Of a DNA stretch of 63,786 nucleotides, positions 1 through 8,461 are shown piece after piece. How positions within the stretch are numbered: the first letter of the stretch is position 1; each line of letters begins with the position of its first letter. The notes under the pieces are model-generated. The model was not told the origin of the DNA. It searched no databases and was given only the letters and a program-made list of their open reading frames with translations. A program made the translations under genes and the position numbers. This stretch comes from Pseudomonadota bacterium (GTDB lineage: Bacteria > Bdellovibrionota > FAC87 > UBA2466): contig JAYUGC010000099.1 of assembly GCA_043767805.1 (NCBI GenBank), positions 1 through 63,786 on the forward strand, given 5' to 3'.

Positions 1-93
1 CGATCGAGAGGGCTTCTCTACGGGCGTGTCGGATTGGGTGGCAAGTCTTTCCGACTGATTTTCTCGTGGGTGGTTGAGCTTTGTGAATGCGGC

Positions 94-1836
94 TTAACCG
101 GTCAACGCCATCGACTGAGCGGTTTTCGAGTAGGCGTGGTTCTCGATGATTAAATGGTCCAGGTCCGAGTTGAGAAAGCACCGCATGGCATCTCGGGGTG
201 TGCAGACGATGGGCTCAGAGTCATTGAAGGACGTGTTGACGAGCATCGGAACGCCGGTGCGTTTTCGGAACGCTTCGATGAGTTTCCAGTAAAAAGGCTG
301 GGTGTGCCGAGTGACCGATTGGATGCGGCAGGTATTATCGGCGTGTACCACGGCATGAATTTTAGCCCGCGCCTCTCGCTTCACTTCGAAAACCGCTTCC
401 ATGGTCGGGCTGAAGAAAGACTTCTCGAACCACTGGTGCTGCTGCTCCCAAAGGACGGATGCGGCGAACGGACGGAAAATTTCCCGGTGCTTCACGCGCA
501 CATTCAAGCGGTCTCTCATTTCCAGAGGGCGGGGATCGGCGATAATGCTCCGGCTTCCCAAGGCGCGTGGGCCAAATTCCATCCGGCCGTGCAAGAGCCC
601 CAGGATTTTTCCCGCGCAAAGCTCGGTCACCATCCACTCGATGAGCTCCGCTTCGTCGGCGTACTCTCGTTTCGCGATGGTCGAAGCTTCTTCGGCGGAG
701 AGCTCCAATGGCTTTTCCATGCCGGGCCCGAGGAGCGCCCAGTGATCGCCCATGGGCTTAATCGGTCCGGGAACGGCGGCAATGGCAGCGCCGACTGCGA
801 TGCCTGAGTCATGGGCCGCGGGGGCTACATGCACGTGCTGAAAGGGAGAGCTTTGCGGAATTTTTCCGACCCAGACGCTGTTGTGCGCGCAACCACCCGC
901 GAGAGCCAAATGTTTCTCGGGGACTCTCTTATGCAGCAGCCCCAAGAGATGGTTCGCGACTTCCTCAAAGCGGATTTGAATCGATTTCGCCAGATCGCGG
1001 TGCTGCTCGGTGAGCGGCTCTTCCTTGCTGCGGGCCGGAATCCCGAGGAGCGGCGCGATGACCCGCTCATTGAAGAAGGACGCGACGTAGGGTTGTCCCT
1101 TTTCAATGGTGAACTGAATGGGCTTGGTCAAAATCGGGAACGCTTCGAGGTTAAGGCGAAAGCCTTCCGGCGTTTCGGTGATGAGCTCGCGCAAGACGTT
1201 CACGTAGCGAGCCGTTCCGTATGAGGAGAGGCCCATGACTTTGAACTCGTCGCCGAAGTACGGAAAGCCGAGATACTGCGTCATCGCCGTGTAGAAAAAT
1301 CCGACGGAGTGCGGAAAGAAAATCCGCGAGTGAATGGAAACCTTGGAGCCCTGCGCCGAGCCAAAAGCGGTGGAGACGAAATCCCCCAAGCCATCAAAGG
1401 AGAGCATAGCCGCGCTTTCCGTGGGGCAAACATGGCGGGCGCTCAGCATGTGAGCCAGATGGTGCTCGACCCGGAAACGTTTGGCGTGCCCGAGGCCCAG
1501 CTCCTTAAGATGTTCATTTAAGGTAGGTTCCCGGCTCGCGCGCCGCGAGCCGCGCTTCATGAGGGCAGGGTACCTGAGCGCCAGCGCCATCTTATGATGG
1601 ATGCCCATCCAAGGATCCCGGGCGATGGCGACCGTCTGGATCTGGTCTGGCCGGAGTCCGGCTGCCTTCAAGCAGTAGCGGATCGAGTGCTCGGGAAACA
1701 GCGCGTAATGCTTCAAACGCGTGAAGCGCTCTTCTTCCACCGCCGCCACTAGCTGGTTGCCCACGACGAGCGCCGCGGAGGAATCTCCGTGACCGACGCT
1801 GATACCTAGGGCGGTGCGTAATGTGGAGTGAGGCAT
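94..1836 (-). CDS. Carbamoyltransferase, NodU/CmcH family
   Basis: N-terminal HGDSSAA..EEERFTRLKH, HHLAH, DGLGD, KVMGLSSYG, GRMEFGPRALGSRS and NTSFN motifs. Confidence 0.93.
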   Translation of the reverse strand: MPHSTLRTALGISVGHGDSSAALVVGNQLVAAVEEERFTRLKHYALFPEHSIRYCLKAAGLRPDQIQTVAIARDPWMGIHHKMALALRYPALMKRGSRRASREPTLNEHLKELGLGHAKRFRVEHHLAHMLSARHVCPTESAAMLSFDGLGDFVSTAFGSAQGSKVSIHSRIFFPHSVGFFYTAMTQYLGFPYFGDEFKVMGLSSYGTARYVNVLRELITETPEGFRLNLEAFPILTKPIQFTIEKGQPYVASFFNERVIAPLLGIPARSKEEPLTEQHRDLAKSIQIRFEEVANHLLGLLHKRVPEKHLALAGGCAHNSVWVGKIPQSSPFQHVHVAPAAHDSGIAVGAAIAAVPGPIKPMGDHWALLGPGMEKPLELSAEEASTIAKREYADEAELIEWMVTELCAGKILGLLHGRMEFGPRALGSRSIIADPRPLEMRDRLNVRVKHREIFRPFAASVLWEQQHQWFEKSFFSPTMEAVFEVKREARAKIHAVVHADNTCRIQSVTRHTQPFYWKLIEAFRKRTGVPMLVNTSFNDSEPIVCTPRDAMRCFLNSDLDHLIIENHAYSKTAQSMALTG

Positions 1837-1845
1837 TCGGGACTC

Positions 1846-1872
1846 GTATCGGCGAATTTGTTGGGAAATATA
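1846..1872 (-). promoter_or_regulatory. Putative sigma28 (FliA) promoter for the carbamoyltransferase
   Basis: Minus strand TATA-N15-GCCGATAC, ending about 10 nt before the ATG at 1836. Confidence 0.45.
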
Positions 1873-1908
1873 AGCGTACTAGGCTCCGAGAAAAAGATCA
1901 TCTCCGGT

Positions 1909-1935
1909 TAAGGAAGGCGGTGTTGCGGCCGATAA
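1909..1935 (+). promoter_or_regulatory. Putative sigma28 (FliA) promoter for the WecA-like gene
   Basis: TAAG-N15-GCCGATAA, close to the TAAA-N15-GCCGATAA consensus. Confidence 0.65.
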
Positions 1936-1964
1936 GTTCTTGGAATCGTCAAAGAGACCGCACA

Positions 1965-3332
1965 ATGCCCTCCTTCGCCAACCTATTTCCCTCCACAATC
2001 TTTCTCTTGGTCGGCGCCATCGCCGCGATTCCGCTCATTCGGCTGAACATCCGTTGGGCTGCTCGTCTCGGCTTCATCGATTATCCCAAAGCCCGCGGGG
2101 TCGCCGAAGATCACATTCCGATCATCGGGCACGCGCTCGTCGGGCTCACGCTCATTGCCATGGCTTGGTTCTTCGGCGTGCAGACCCAGCGCTACTGGTT
2201 CCTCGGAACGGCCGCCCTCATGGCGGTGATGGGTTACCTGGACGATCGCAACGGGCTTTCCCCCGTCGATAAAATGCTTTTGCAGATGATCTGCGTGCTC
2301 GCCATGGTCCACTGGGATCCGCTCCTTCGCGAGTCCATGGTCACCCGCTACGGCTCTTGGGGCACGTTCTGGTCCGTTTTCTTCGTCCTGGGCCTTACGA
2401 ACGCCGTGAATTTCGTGGACGGCATCGATGGGCTCGCCGGCGTCGTCCTCTTCTTCGGCGGCGCGGGATTTCTTTTCATGGCCCCGGACAATCACAGCGA
2501 CTCCGCCTCCCTGAACGTCGTCTGCCTCATCATGGGAAGCATCATCCCGTTTCTCTTCTTCAACGTGTTGAAGCGCAAAGGTTTCCTCGGCAACGTCGGC
2601 AGCTACTTCTTCTCTTACGTGCTCGGCATCATGCACCTCTCGCTTTTCATTCCGGCCGAGATGCCGATTGCCCGCGTTTCTCTCTCGGGCCTTTGCTTTC
2701 TCGTGCCCATCGCCGACTCGCTGCTCGTCATCACGACGCGGCTCATGTCGCTTCGCTCTCCGTTTCAGCCGGACAAGGGCCATTTGCACCACCGCCTCAT
2801 TCAGAGCGCGCTGCCGTTACGCCACGTGCTGCTCAACTTTGCTTTCATCGAGGCCGCGGCCGTGGGTGTCGCCGTCGTAATGGCGCATCACCTTCCCAGC
2901 CTGCACACGCCGCTTCCGTTTCTGCTCTGCTTGAGCCACGCGGCGCTCGCGTCCGTTTTGATCTTCCTCGTGGAAAAGTCCTCTCGCCGGCGGCTGCAGT
3001 ATTTCTTCCAGCGCATGGATACGGGAGAGCCCATCCATTTCATGAAGTACGTCATCACCAGCACGACCGAAAAGCCGGTGAGCCCCGCTCAGCTGCGCCG
3101 TCTGGAAGCGCTGATCAGCGCGGAGATCCGGGTGACCGACCTTTGCTTCACCGACGGGCCCGATGCTCTCGTCATTTCGGTGAAGAGCCAGGCCGGCGCG
3201 GTGGAAGGCATCCACAACCGCGTGGGCATCCTCTTCACGCGCAATCGCCTCTCCTATACGCTGACCGTGGAACAGGGCGAGTTCGTTAAGGTAACTCGCA
3301 CCATCCCCACCCAGAAAACCATCGCTTCCTGA
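1965..3332 (+). CDS. WecA/MraY-family (GT4) undecaprenyl-phosphate sugar-1-phosphate transferase with a C-terminal degenerate GGDEF-like domain
   Basis: GYLDD, NAVNFVDGIDGLA, FLGNVGS and PFQPDKGHLHHRL motifs with many TM helices; soluble tail IRVTDLCFTDGPDALVI; start moved to ATG 1965. Confidence 0.88.
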   Translation: MPSFANLFPSTIFLLVGAIAAIPLIRLNIRWAARLGFIDYPKARGVAEDHIPIIGHALVGLTLIAMAWFFGVQTQRYWFLGTAALMAVMGYLDDRNGLSPVDKMLLQMICVLAMVHWDPLLRESMVTRYGSWGTFWSVFFVLGLTNAVNFVDGIDGLAGVVLFFGGAGFLFMAPDNHSDSASLNVVCLIMGSIIPFLFFNVLKRKGFLGNVGSYFFSYVLGIMHLSLFIPAEMPIARVSLSGLCFLVPIADSLLVITTRLMSLRSPFQPDKGHLHHRLIQSALPLRHVLLNFAFIEAAAVGVAVVMAHHLPSLHTPLPFLLCLSHAALASVLIFLVEKSSRRRLQYFFQRMDTGEPIHFMKYVITSTTEKPVSPAQLRRLEALISAEIRVTDLCFTDGPDALVISVKSQAGAVEGIHNRVGILFTRNRLSYTLTVEQGEFVKVTRTIPTQKTIAS

Positions 3333-3371
3333 CCCTAAAGAACCCTCTTTTTGTGCCCTCCACCATGAGAT

Positions 3372-5135
3372 ATGGTGGCTCCCATGTCCCTCAATCAGCG
3401 GATTTTGAACCGGCTCGGCTTGGGCGCGTTACGGCGGCTCTTCGCGGAGTTCCGTCCTTATAAGGGCCGGCTCTTTCTCGTGCTCGGCTTAGGGATCGTC
3501 ATCGCCGCCATTCAGCCGGCGAGCGTGAAGCTCACTCAAGACATCATCGACGGCTTGAAGCTCGGGCACGTCTCCGAAGCGCTCCGCTACATTCCGTTTT
3601 ACCTGGTGGCCCTTTTCGCCATCAACGGCCTCGCCAAGTACTTCTACAACACCGTCCGCCGCTACGTCTCCGAGCGCATCATCATCTCGCTCAGAGATCG
3701 GCTCTATCAGAAGTACCTGCAGCTTCCGATGCCGGAGCTCGAGCGTCGCCGTTCGGGCGAGATGATGGCCAATCTGCAAAACGATTTGACCCAGATTCAA
3801 AACGGCATGGACACGCTCTGCGACTTTTTAAGAGAGCCGTTCACTTTTTTCGGGCTTATCGCCACCGCGTTTTATTGCGATTGGCGCCTGACGCTCGTCA
3901 CGCTCTGCGCGGTGCCTCTGGTGCTCTTTCTCTTCGATAGATCGGGCGCCGCCGTAAAGCGCTACACGCACCGCAACCTTCAGGACTTCGGCGACTTGAT
4001 GTCGCTCAGCTCGGAGACGCTCTCCGGCGCGCGCATCATCAAGGTGTTTCGGCTGGAACCCTTGCTGCAGGGCAAGTTCCGCGCGCTCCACGAAAAATGT
4101 TTCGGCACTTTGTGGAAGAGCATCAAGGTGCAGGAAATCTCGACTCCCGCGGTGGAGTTCATCGGCGCGATTCTCATGGCGGGCGTGATTTATTACGGCA
4201 GCTACCGCGCCTCTCTCGGCCTTTTGACGTCGGGACAGCTCATTGCCTTCATCATCGCCATCGGGCTCTGTCAGATGCCCATCAAGCAGCTAAACAACGC
4301 GAACCTGAAGTTAAAAGCGGCGGAGGCCGCAGTCACGCGCGTTTACACGCTCCTCGAAGTGCCCGTGCCCGAGGCCGGCACGCATGCCGAGCGCGGCTTG
4401 GATTTTCAAAGAGAAATCCGCTTCGACAACGTGTCACTGCGCTACGGCGACAAGATGGCGCTGGAAGAAGTTTCCTTCGAGGTCAAAAAAGGCGAAGTCA
4501 TCGCGTTGGTGGGGCCGAGCGGCAGCGGCAAATCGAGTCTGGTCAATTTGCTACCTCGGCTCTATGAGGCCACGTCGGGCCGAGTGCTCATCGACGGCCG
4601 AGACACCAGAGAAGTTTCGCTCGCCTCTCTGCGTTCGCTCTTTTCCTTCGTCACCCAGGATATTTTTCTCTTTCACGATTCCATCTACGAGAACATCCGT
4701 TTCGGCCGGCCCGACGCCACGAGGGAAGAAATCATCGAGGCGGCCCGGCGCAGCCATTCCCTGGATTTCATCGAGCGAGGGCCTCAGGGCTTCGATACGA
4801 TTATCGGCGACCGTGGCCTTTGTCTGAGCGGGGGCGAGCGTCAGCGGCTGGCCATCGCGCGCGCCATCCTCGCCGATGCGCCGCTGCTCATTCTGGATGA
4901 GGCGACGTCGAGTCTCGATAGCCACTCGGAAGCGATGGTGCAAGCCGCGCTCGAGGAGCTCATGGCCGGCAAGACAACGTTTCTCGTCGCGCATCGGTTT
5001 TCCACGATTCAAAGGGCCAATCGAATTTTGGTCTTGGATCGAGGCCGCATCCGCGAGTCAGGCACCCATGGAGAACTGGTGCTGAAGGACGGGCTCTATC
5101 AGGGGCTCTACCGTCGGCAGGCGCTTCCGGTTTGA
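3372..5135 (+). CDS. MsbA-like ABC exporter/flippase (fused TMD-NBD)
   Basis: Six-TM N-half, Walker A GPSGSGKS, LSGGERQR, Walker B ILDEATS; start may be ATG 3384. Confidence 0.9.
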   Translation: MVAPMSLNQRILNRLGLGALRRLFAEFRPYKGRLFLVLGLGIVIAAIQPASVKLTQDIIDGLKLGHVSEALRYIPFYLVALFAINGLAKYFYNTVRRYVSERIIISLRDRLYQKYLQLPMPELERRRSGEMMANLQNDLTQIQNGMDTLCDFLREPFTFFGLIATAFYCDWRLTLVTLCAVPLVLFLFDRSGAAVKRYTHRNLQDFGDLMSLSSETLSGARIIKVFRLEPLLQGKFRALHEKCFGTLWKSIKVQEISTPAVEFIGAILMAGVIYYGSYRASLGLLTSGQLIAFIIAIGLCQMPIKQLNNANLKLKAAEAAVTRVYTLLEVPVPEAGTHAERGLDFQREIRFDNVSLRYGDKMALEEVSFEVKKGEVIALVGPSGSGKSSLVNLLPRLYEATSGRVLIDGRDTREVSLASLRSLFSFVTQDIFLFHDSIYENIRFGRPDATREEIIEAARRSHSLDFIERGPQGFDTIIGDRGLCLSGGERQRLAIARAILADAPLLILDEATSSLDSHSEAMVQAALEELMAGKTTFLVAHRFSTIQRANRILVLDRGRIRESGTHGELVLKDGLYQGLYRRQALPV

Positions 5136-5138
5136 GGG

Positions 5139-5495
5139 CTATTCTTTATCTTTGGCTTGATCGTCGGTGGCGGAGGTCTGGGTCAGGTCGACCGGCTGCA
5201 GGTTCGGGTTCTTCGAAGATTGCGACGCGAGCACTTTGCCGCGGTTTTGGTAATCGTTGGGGCTAATCACGCCGTACATCTTCTTCACTAGAAGCTCGTG
5301 GCACTCTAGCTCTAGGTCTTCGAGTACGCCGGGTCTCATGTGCACGGGCACGTGAGCTGGAGTCGAGTCCAGGTAAGCCAGGTAGTCGACGGCGAGTTGC
5401 TTCGTGAAGGCGGCAGCGTCGTCGTACGACTTACTGAGCAGGTGCTTCTCGAAGAGTTGGAAGAGGGGATCGATTTGTTTCTTTTTCGTCTTCAT
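5139..5495 (-). CDS. Hypothetical cytoplasmic protein
   Basis: 118-aa ORF filling the gap, protein-like composition. Confidence 0.7.
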   Translation of the reverse strand: MKTKKKQIDPLFQLFEKHLLSKSYDDAAAFTKQLAVDYLAYLDSTPAHVPVHMRPGVLEDLELECHELLVKKMYGVISPNDYQNRGKVLASQSSKNPNLQPVDLTQTSATDDQAKDKE

Positions 5496-5829
5496 GGGAA
5501 TTCGGGAAAAAGACAGTTATTCAGCGTTCAAGCTTCGCTTGAAGGATGAATGACCCCTGTCCCGAATCCCTGGACGGCCAGCCCGCATCCTGCGGTTGCC
5601 CCGGTGAGCGGGGGCGGAACCACTTCACTACCTACACCAACGTAACGGCCCCCTGAGGCTTCCGCTTTAGGAACGCTTTATGGAATGTGTCTCACAGTTT
5701 AACAACATAAGGCGTTGAATTTATTTCCCTATTGGCCCATCGCGCGATCCCTCTCAAACAAATGCGCGTTAAGTGCGCTGCGGCGGGTTCCAAGGTGCTT
5801 GAATTTACAGAAGAATGAGGCCGGCCACC

Positions 5830-5845
5830 TGGCAGACCCCTTGCA
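5830..5845 (+). promoter_or_regulatory. Putative sigma54 promoter
   Basis: TGGCAGACCCCTTGCA (GG-N10-GC) about 60 nt upstream of the lipoprotein gene. Confidence 0.6.
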
Positions 5846-5904
5846 ATTGTATTCCCTGAACTCGGACCTTTACGCACTAGGATGGCAACTTGGGTGCATA
5901 CCGC

Positions 5905-6411
5905 ATGAACACAGGCCGGACACAGCTGAAGTCCCTCCTTTGGAACCTGGGCCTTACCTTGGTCTTGGGACTTGCCTTGTCCGCGTGCGGGAAGAAGTGC
6001 CAGCCCCCCGCGACCCAGAAGTTTCGGACCCTGGCCGAGACCCAATGGCGCCTGGTCGAGACGAACGACACGTCGGTCAAGGGCCTCGATCGCTTCAACT
6101 TCCTCATCTACAATTTCGCCCGTAATTTCTCCGGTAATATCCAGCAGGTACGTTACAACGACCTGTTCGAGACGCCCTTTAAGACCTTCAACTGGAACAT
6201 CAATCCCGATTCGGGTCAGCTCGTGGTCCGCTACCAGGACATCGCGCCCCTGGCGGAAGGCACGGCCACCAACACCCGCAAAGGCCCGACCGATTCCCTT
6301 TACGCTTACTCCTTGGGCCGAGACCTCGAGATTCAAGACGCCAAAGGCAACTTCTACCGCTTCGTTCCCTTCACCGGGGTCGTGGATCCCGACAGCACCT
6401 GCACCTTTTGA
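5905..6411 (+). CDS. Hypothetical lipoprotein
   Basis: Hydrophobic signal ending in lipobox LSAC; beta-rich mature part; start set at ATG 5905. Confidence 0.75.
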   Translation: MNTGRTQLKSLLWNLGLTLVLGLALSACGKKCQPPATQKFRTLAETQWRLVETNDTSVKGLDRFNFLIYNFARNFSGNIQQVRYNDLFETPFKTFNWNINPDSGQLVVRYQDIAPLAEGTATNTRKGPTDSLYAYSLGRDLEIQDAKGNFYRFVPFTGVVDPDSTCTF

Positions 6412-6500
6412 AATCACGCGTTAACCCCTATCCACGGCTCACAAATTTCTGGTAGAACCATCTCTGGAACACGGTATTTAGGTGGGTAAAGGAGACGTTT

Positions 6501-6938
6501 GTGACCACGAACAAGTTGACCGAAGATCTCAAGAAACTGGCGAACGCGCAGGTGTTCATTCCGCTGACCAAACAGCTGAATGTCTATGAAAAGAAGGCTC
6601 GGGGCCTCATCAAGGAATTCGACCTTCGGAGCCGCGAAGCTCGCGACAAGAGCCGCGCCCGGTTGGATGATTTCCTGGTACAGCTCAAAAAAACCCGAAC
6701 CGAGGTAGAATCCAAAGTACGGTCTCTTTACGAAGAAGAGAGCAAGCGGATCAACGCCCGGGTGAACGACCTTCTGGAAACTATCCGGACGGTGGCTCAG
6801 CCGGACTCGGCGCCTACCAAGGCCGCGGCGCCTAAATCCAAGACGGCGACCCGCAGCAGCAGAAAGAAGACCGGAACCAAGAAGACGGCCAAGAAACGTG
6901 CCTCCACCAATGCTACCCAAACGACGACGGCTCACTAA
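6501..6938 (+). CDS. Coiled-coil protein with a Lys/Ala/Thr-rich basic tail (PhaF-like architecture)
   Basis: RBS AAGGAG before the GTG start; amphipathic helical N-part; tail KAAAPKSK..KKTAKK. Confidence 0.7.
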   Translation: MTTNKLTEDLKKLANAQVFIPLTKQLNVYEKKARGLIKEFDLRSREARDKSRARLDDFLVQLKKTRTEVESKVRSLYEEESKRINARVNDLLETIRTVAQPDSAPTKAAAPKSKTATRSSRKKTGTKKTAKKRASTNATQTTTAH

Positions 6939-7500
6939 TTTATTTTGTCTCCTTTGGTTAGGGCTCGGGGGCGCTACTGCCCTCGGGTCCGAGCCTCTCG
7001 CTGACGGCGCGCTCATCCCAACCGCGAAGCTCATCACGGGCGCCGGCAAGTCCTACGACCTTCAAAAATTCGCGGCCCAATCGGGGAAACGAAATCTGCT
7101 TCTCGTTTTCTTCCGTACCGGCACATGCAACGTCTGCGTCACGCAGCTGAGAGACATCGCCGGCCACTATGACGAGATCCTCGGCCTGAATGCCGCGGTC
7201 CTCGCCATGAGTCTCGACGATGCCATCGTTCAAAAGCGCACCTCCGAGATGATCGAGAACAAGTTTCCGATTCTGCTCGATCCGGAAGGCAAGACGGTCA
7301 AAGCGTTCGGGGTTTATAACCCCGACGAAAAGCTGTCTCGCCCCTCCCTCTATTTGATTGGCCCCGATCACAAAGTGCTCTACCACTATATGGGCAAGTC
7401 GCTCGCCGATCGGCCGCCGCTGACCGAAGTTCTGGACGTCATTCGCCACTATTCCGGCGGGCTTCCCTCGAAGAGCGCGAGCGCGAAGGCGCATCCTTAA
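6898..7500 (+). CDS. Exported AhpC/TSA peroxiredoxin-like redoxin
   Basis: Signal peptide, LLVFFRTGTCNVC (CxxC), FPILLDP, RPSLYLIG; start may be ATG 6910. Confidence 0.8.
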   Translation: MPPPMLPKRRRLTNLFCLLWLGLGGATALGSEPLADGALIPTAKLITGAGKSYDLQKFAAQSGKRNLLLVFFRTGTCNVCVTQLRDIAGHYDEILGLNAAVLAMSLDDAIVQKRTSEMIENKFPILLDPEGKTVKAFGVYNPDEKLSRPSLYLIGPDHKVLYHYMGKSLADRPPLTEVLDVIRHYSGGLPSKSASAKAHP

Positions 7501-7507
7501 AATATCC

Positions 7508-8461
7508 ATGCAGGTTTTTCACAGCCTATCGGAAGTGCCCGCCGCGCCGGGACCCCGCGCGCTGGCCATCGGCAATTTTGACGGTATCCATGAAGGGCAC
7601 CGTTCCTTGCTGACCGCGCTGACTTCCTATGCCCGCAAATCCGGCCGGATGCCCGCCGTGCTTACGTTTCATCCGCATCCCGTCGAAGTGTTGAATCCCG
7701 CGAAAAAAATAGAACGGCTTACCTCCACCGAGGAAAAGCTCGCTGAGCTCGAAGCTTTGGGTGTCGAGCTCGTGCTCGTAGAAAAGTTCGACGCCGCGCT
7801 CGCCGCTCTCGGTCCCGAAGCGTTCTTCAAAAAATACATCAAAGAGGGCTTGGGCGCGGACGCGGTCTTCGTGGGCTTCAACTTTCATTTCGGCAAAGCG
7901 CGCGCGGGCGACACCAGCCTTTTGGAAAAGCTTTGTGAGGCGAGCGGCCTCCATCTGCATGTTGAGCCGCCCTTCGGCATCGACGGCAAGCGCGTGAGCA
8001 GCTCCACTGTCCGCGAAGCGCTGCGCACGGGCGATCTCGCGGCCGCGAACCTCATGCTGGGGCGGCCCTATAATTTGCGGGGCACCGTCATTCGCGGGGC
8101 CGGGCGCGGCCGGCAAATCGGCTTTCCCACGGCCAATCTCAAATTTCCACACGGCAAGTGCCTGCCGAAAGACGGGGTCTACGTGACCGAGACGGTTTGG
8201 CAGCGGCAAGCGTTCGCTTCCGTCTGTAACATCGGCTCGCGCCCCACGGTGGACCGGGAAGGGGCGGCGCTTTCCGTCGAAGTGCACCTCATGGATTTTC
8301 AAACGTCGCTTTATGACGAGGCCCTCGAAGTCAGGTTTCTGGAAAGAGTGCGGGACGAGCGCAAGTTCGCTTCCGTAGACGAGCTCAAAGCGCAGATTGC
8401 GCGTGACGTTGCCTATGCGCGCACTGCCGCGAAGCGAATTAAAAGGGGAGGTCAACCATGA
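7508..8461 (+). CDS. ribF: Bifunctional riboflavin kinase/FAD synthetase
   Basis: IGNFDGIHEGH, VSSSTVR, GRQIGFPTAN, EVHL, RDERKF. Confidence 0.96.
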   Translation: MQVFHSLSEVPAAPGPRALAIGNFDGIHEGHRSLLTALTSYARKSGRMPAVLTFHPHPVEVLNPAKKIERLTSTEEKLAELEALGVELVLVEKFDAALAALGPEAFFKKYIKEGLGADAVFVGFNFHFGKARAGDTSLLEKLCEASGLHLHVEPPFGIDGKRVSSSTVREALRTGDLAAANLMLGRPYNLRGTVIRGAGRGRQIGFPTANLKFPHGKCLPKDGVYVTETVWQRQAFASVCNIGSRPTVDREGAALSVEVHLMDFQTSLYDEALEVRFLERVRDERKFASVDELKAQIARDVAYARTAAKRIKRGGQP

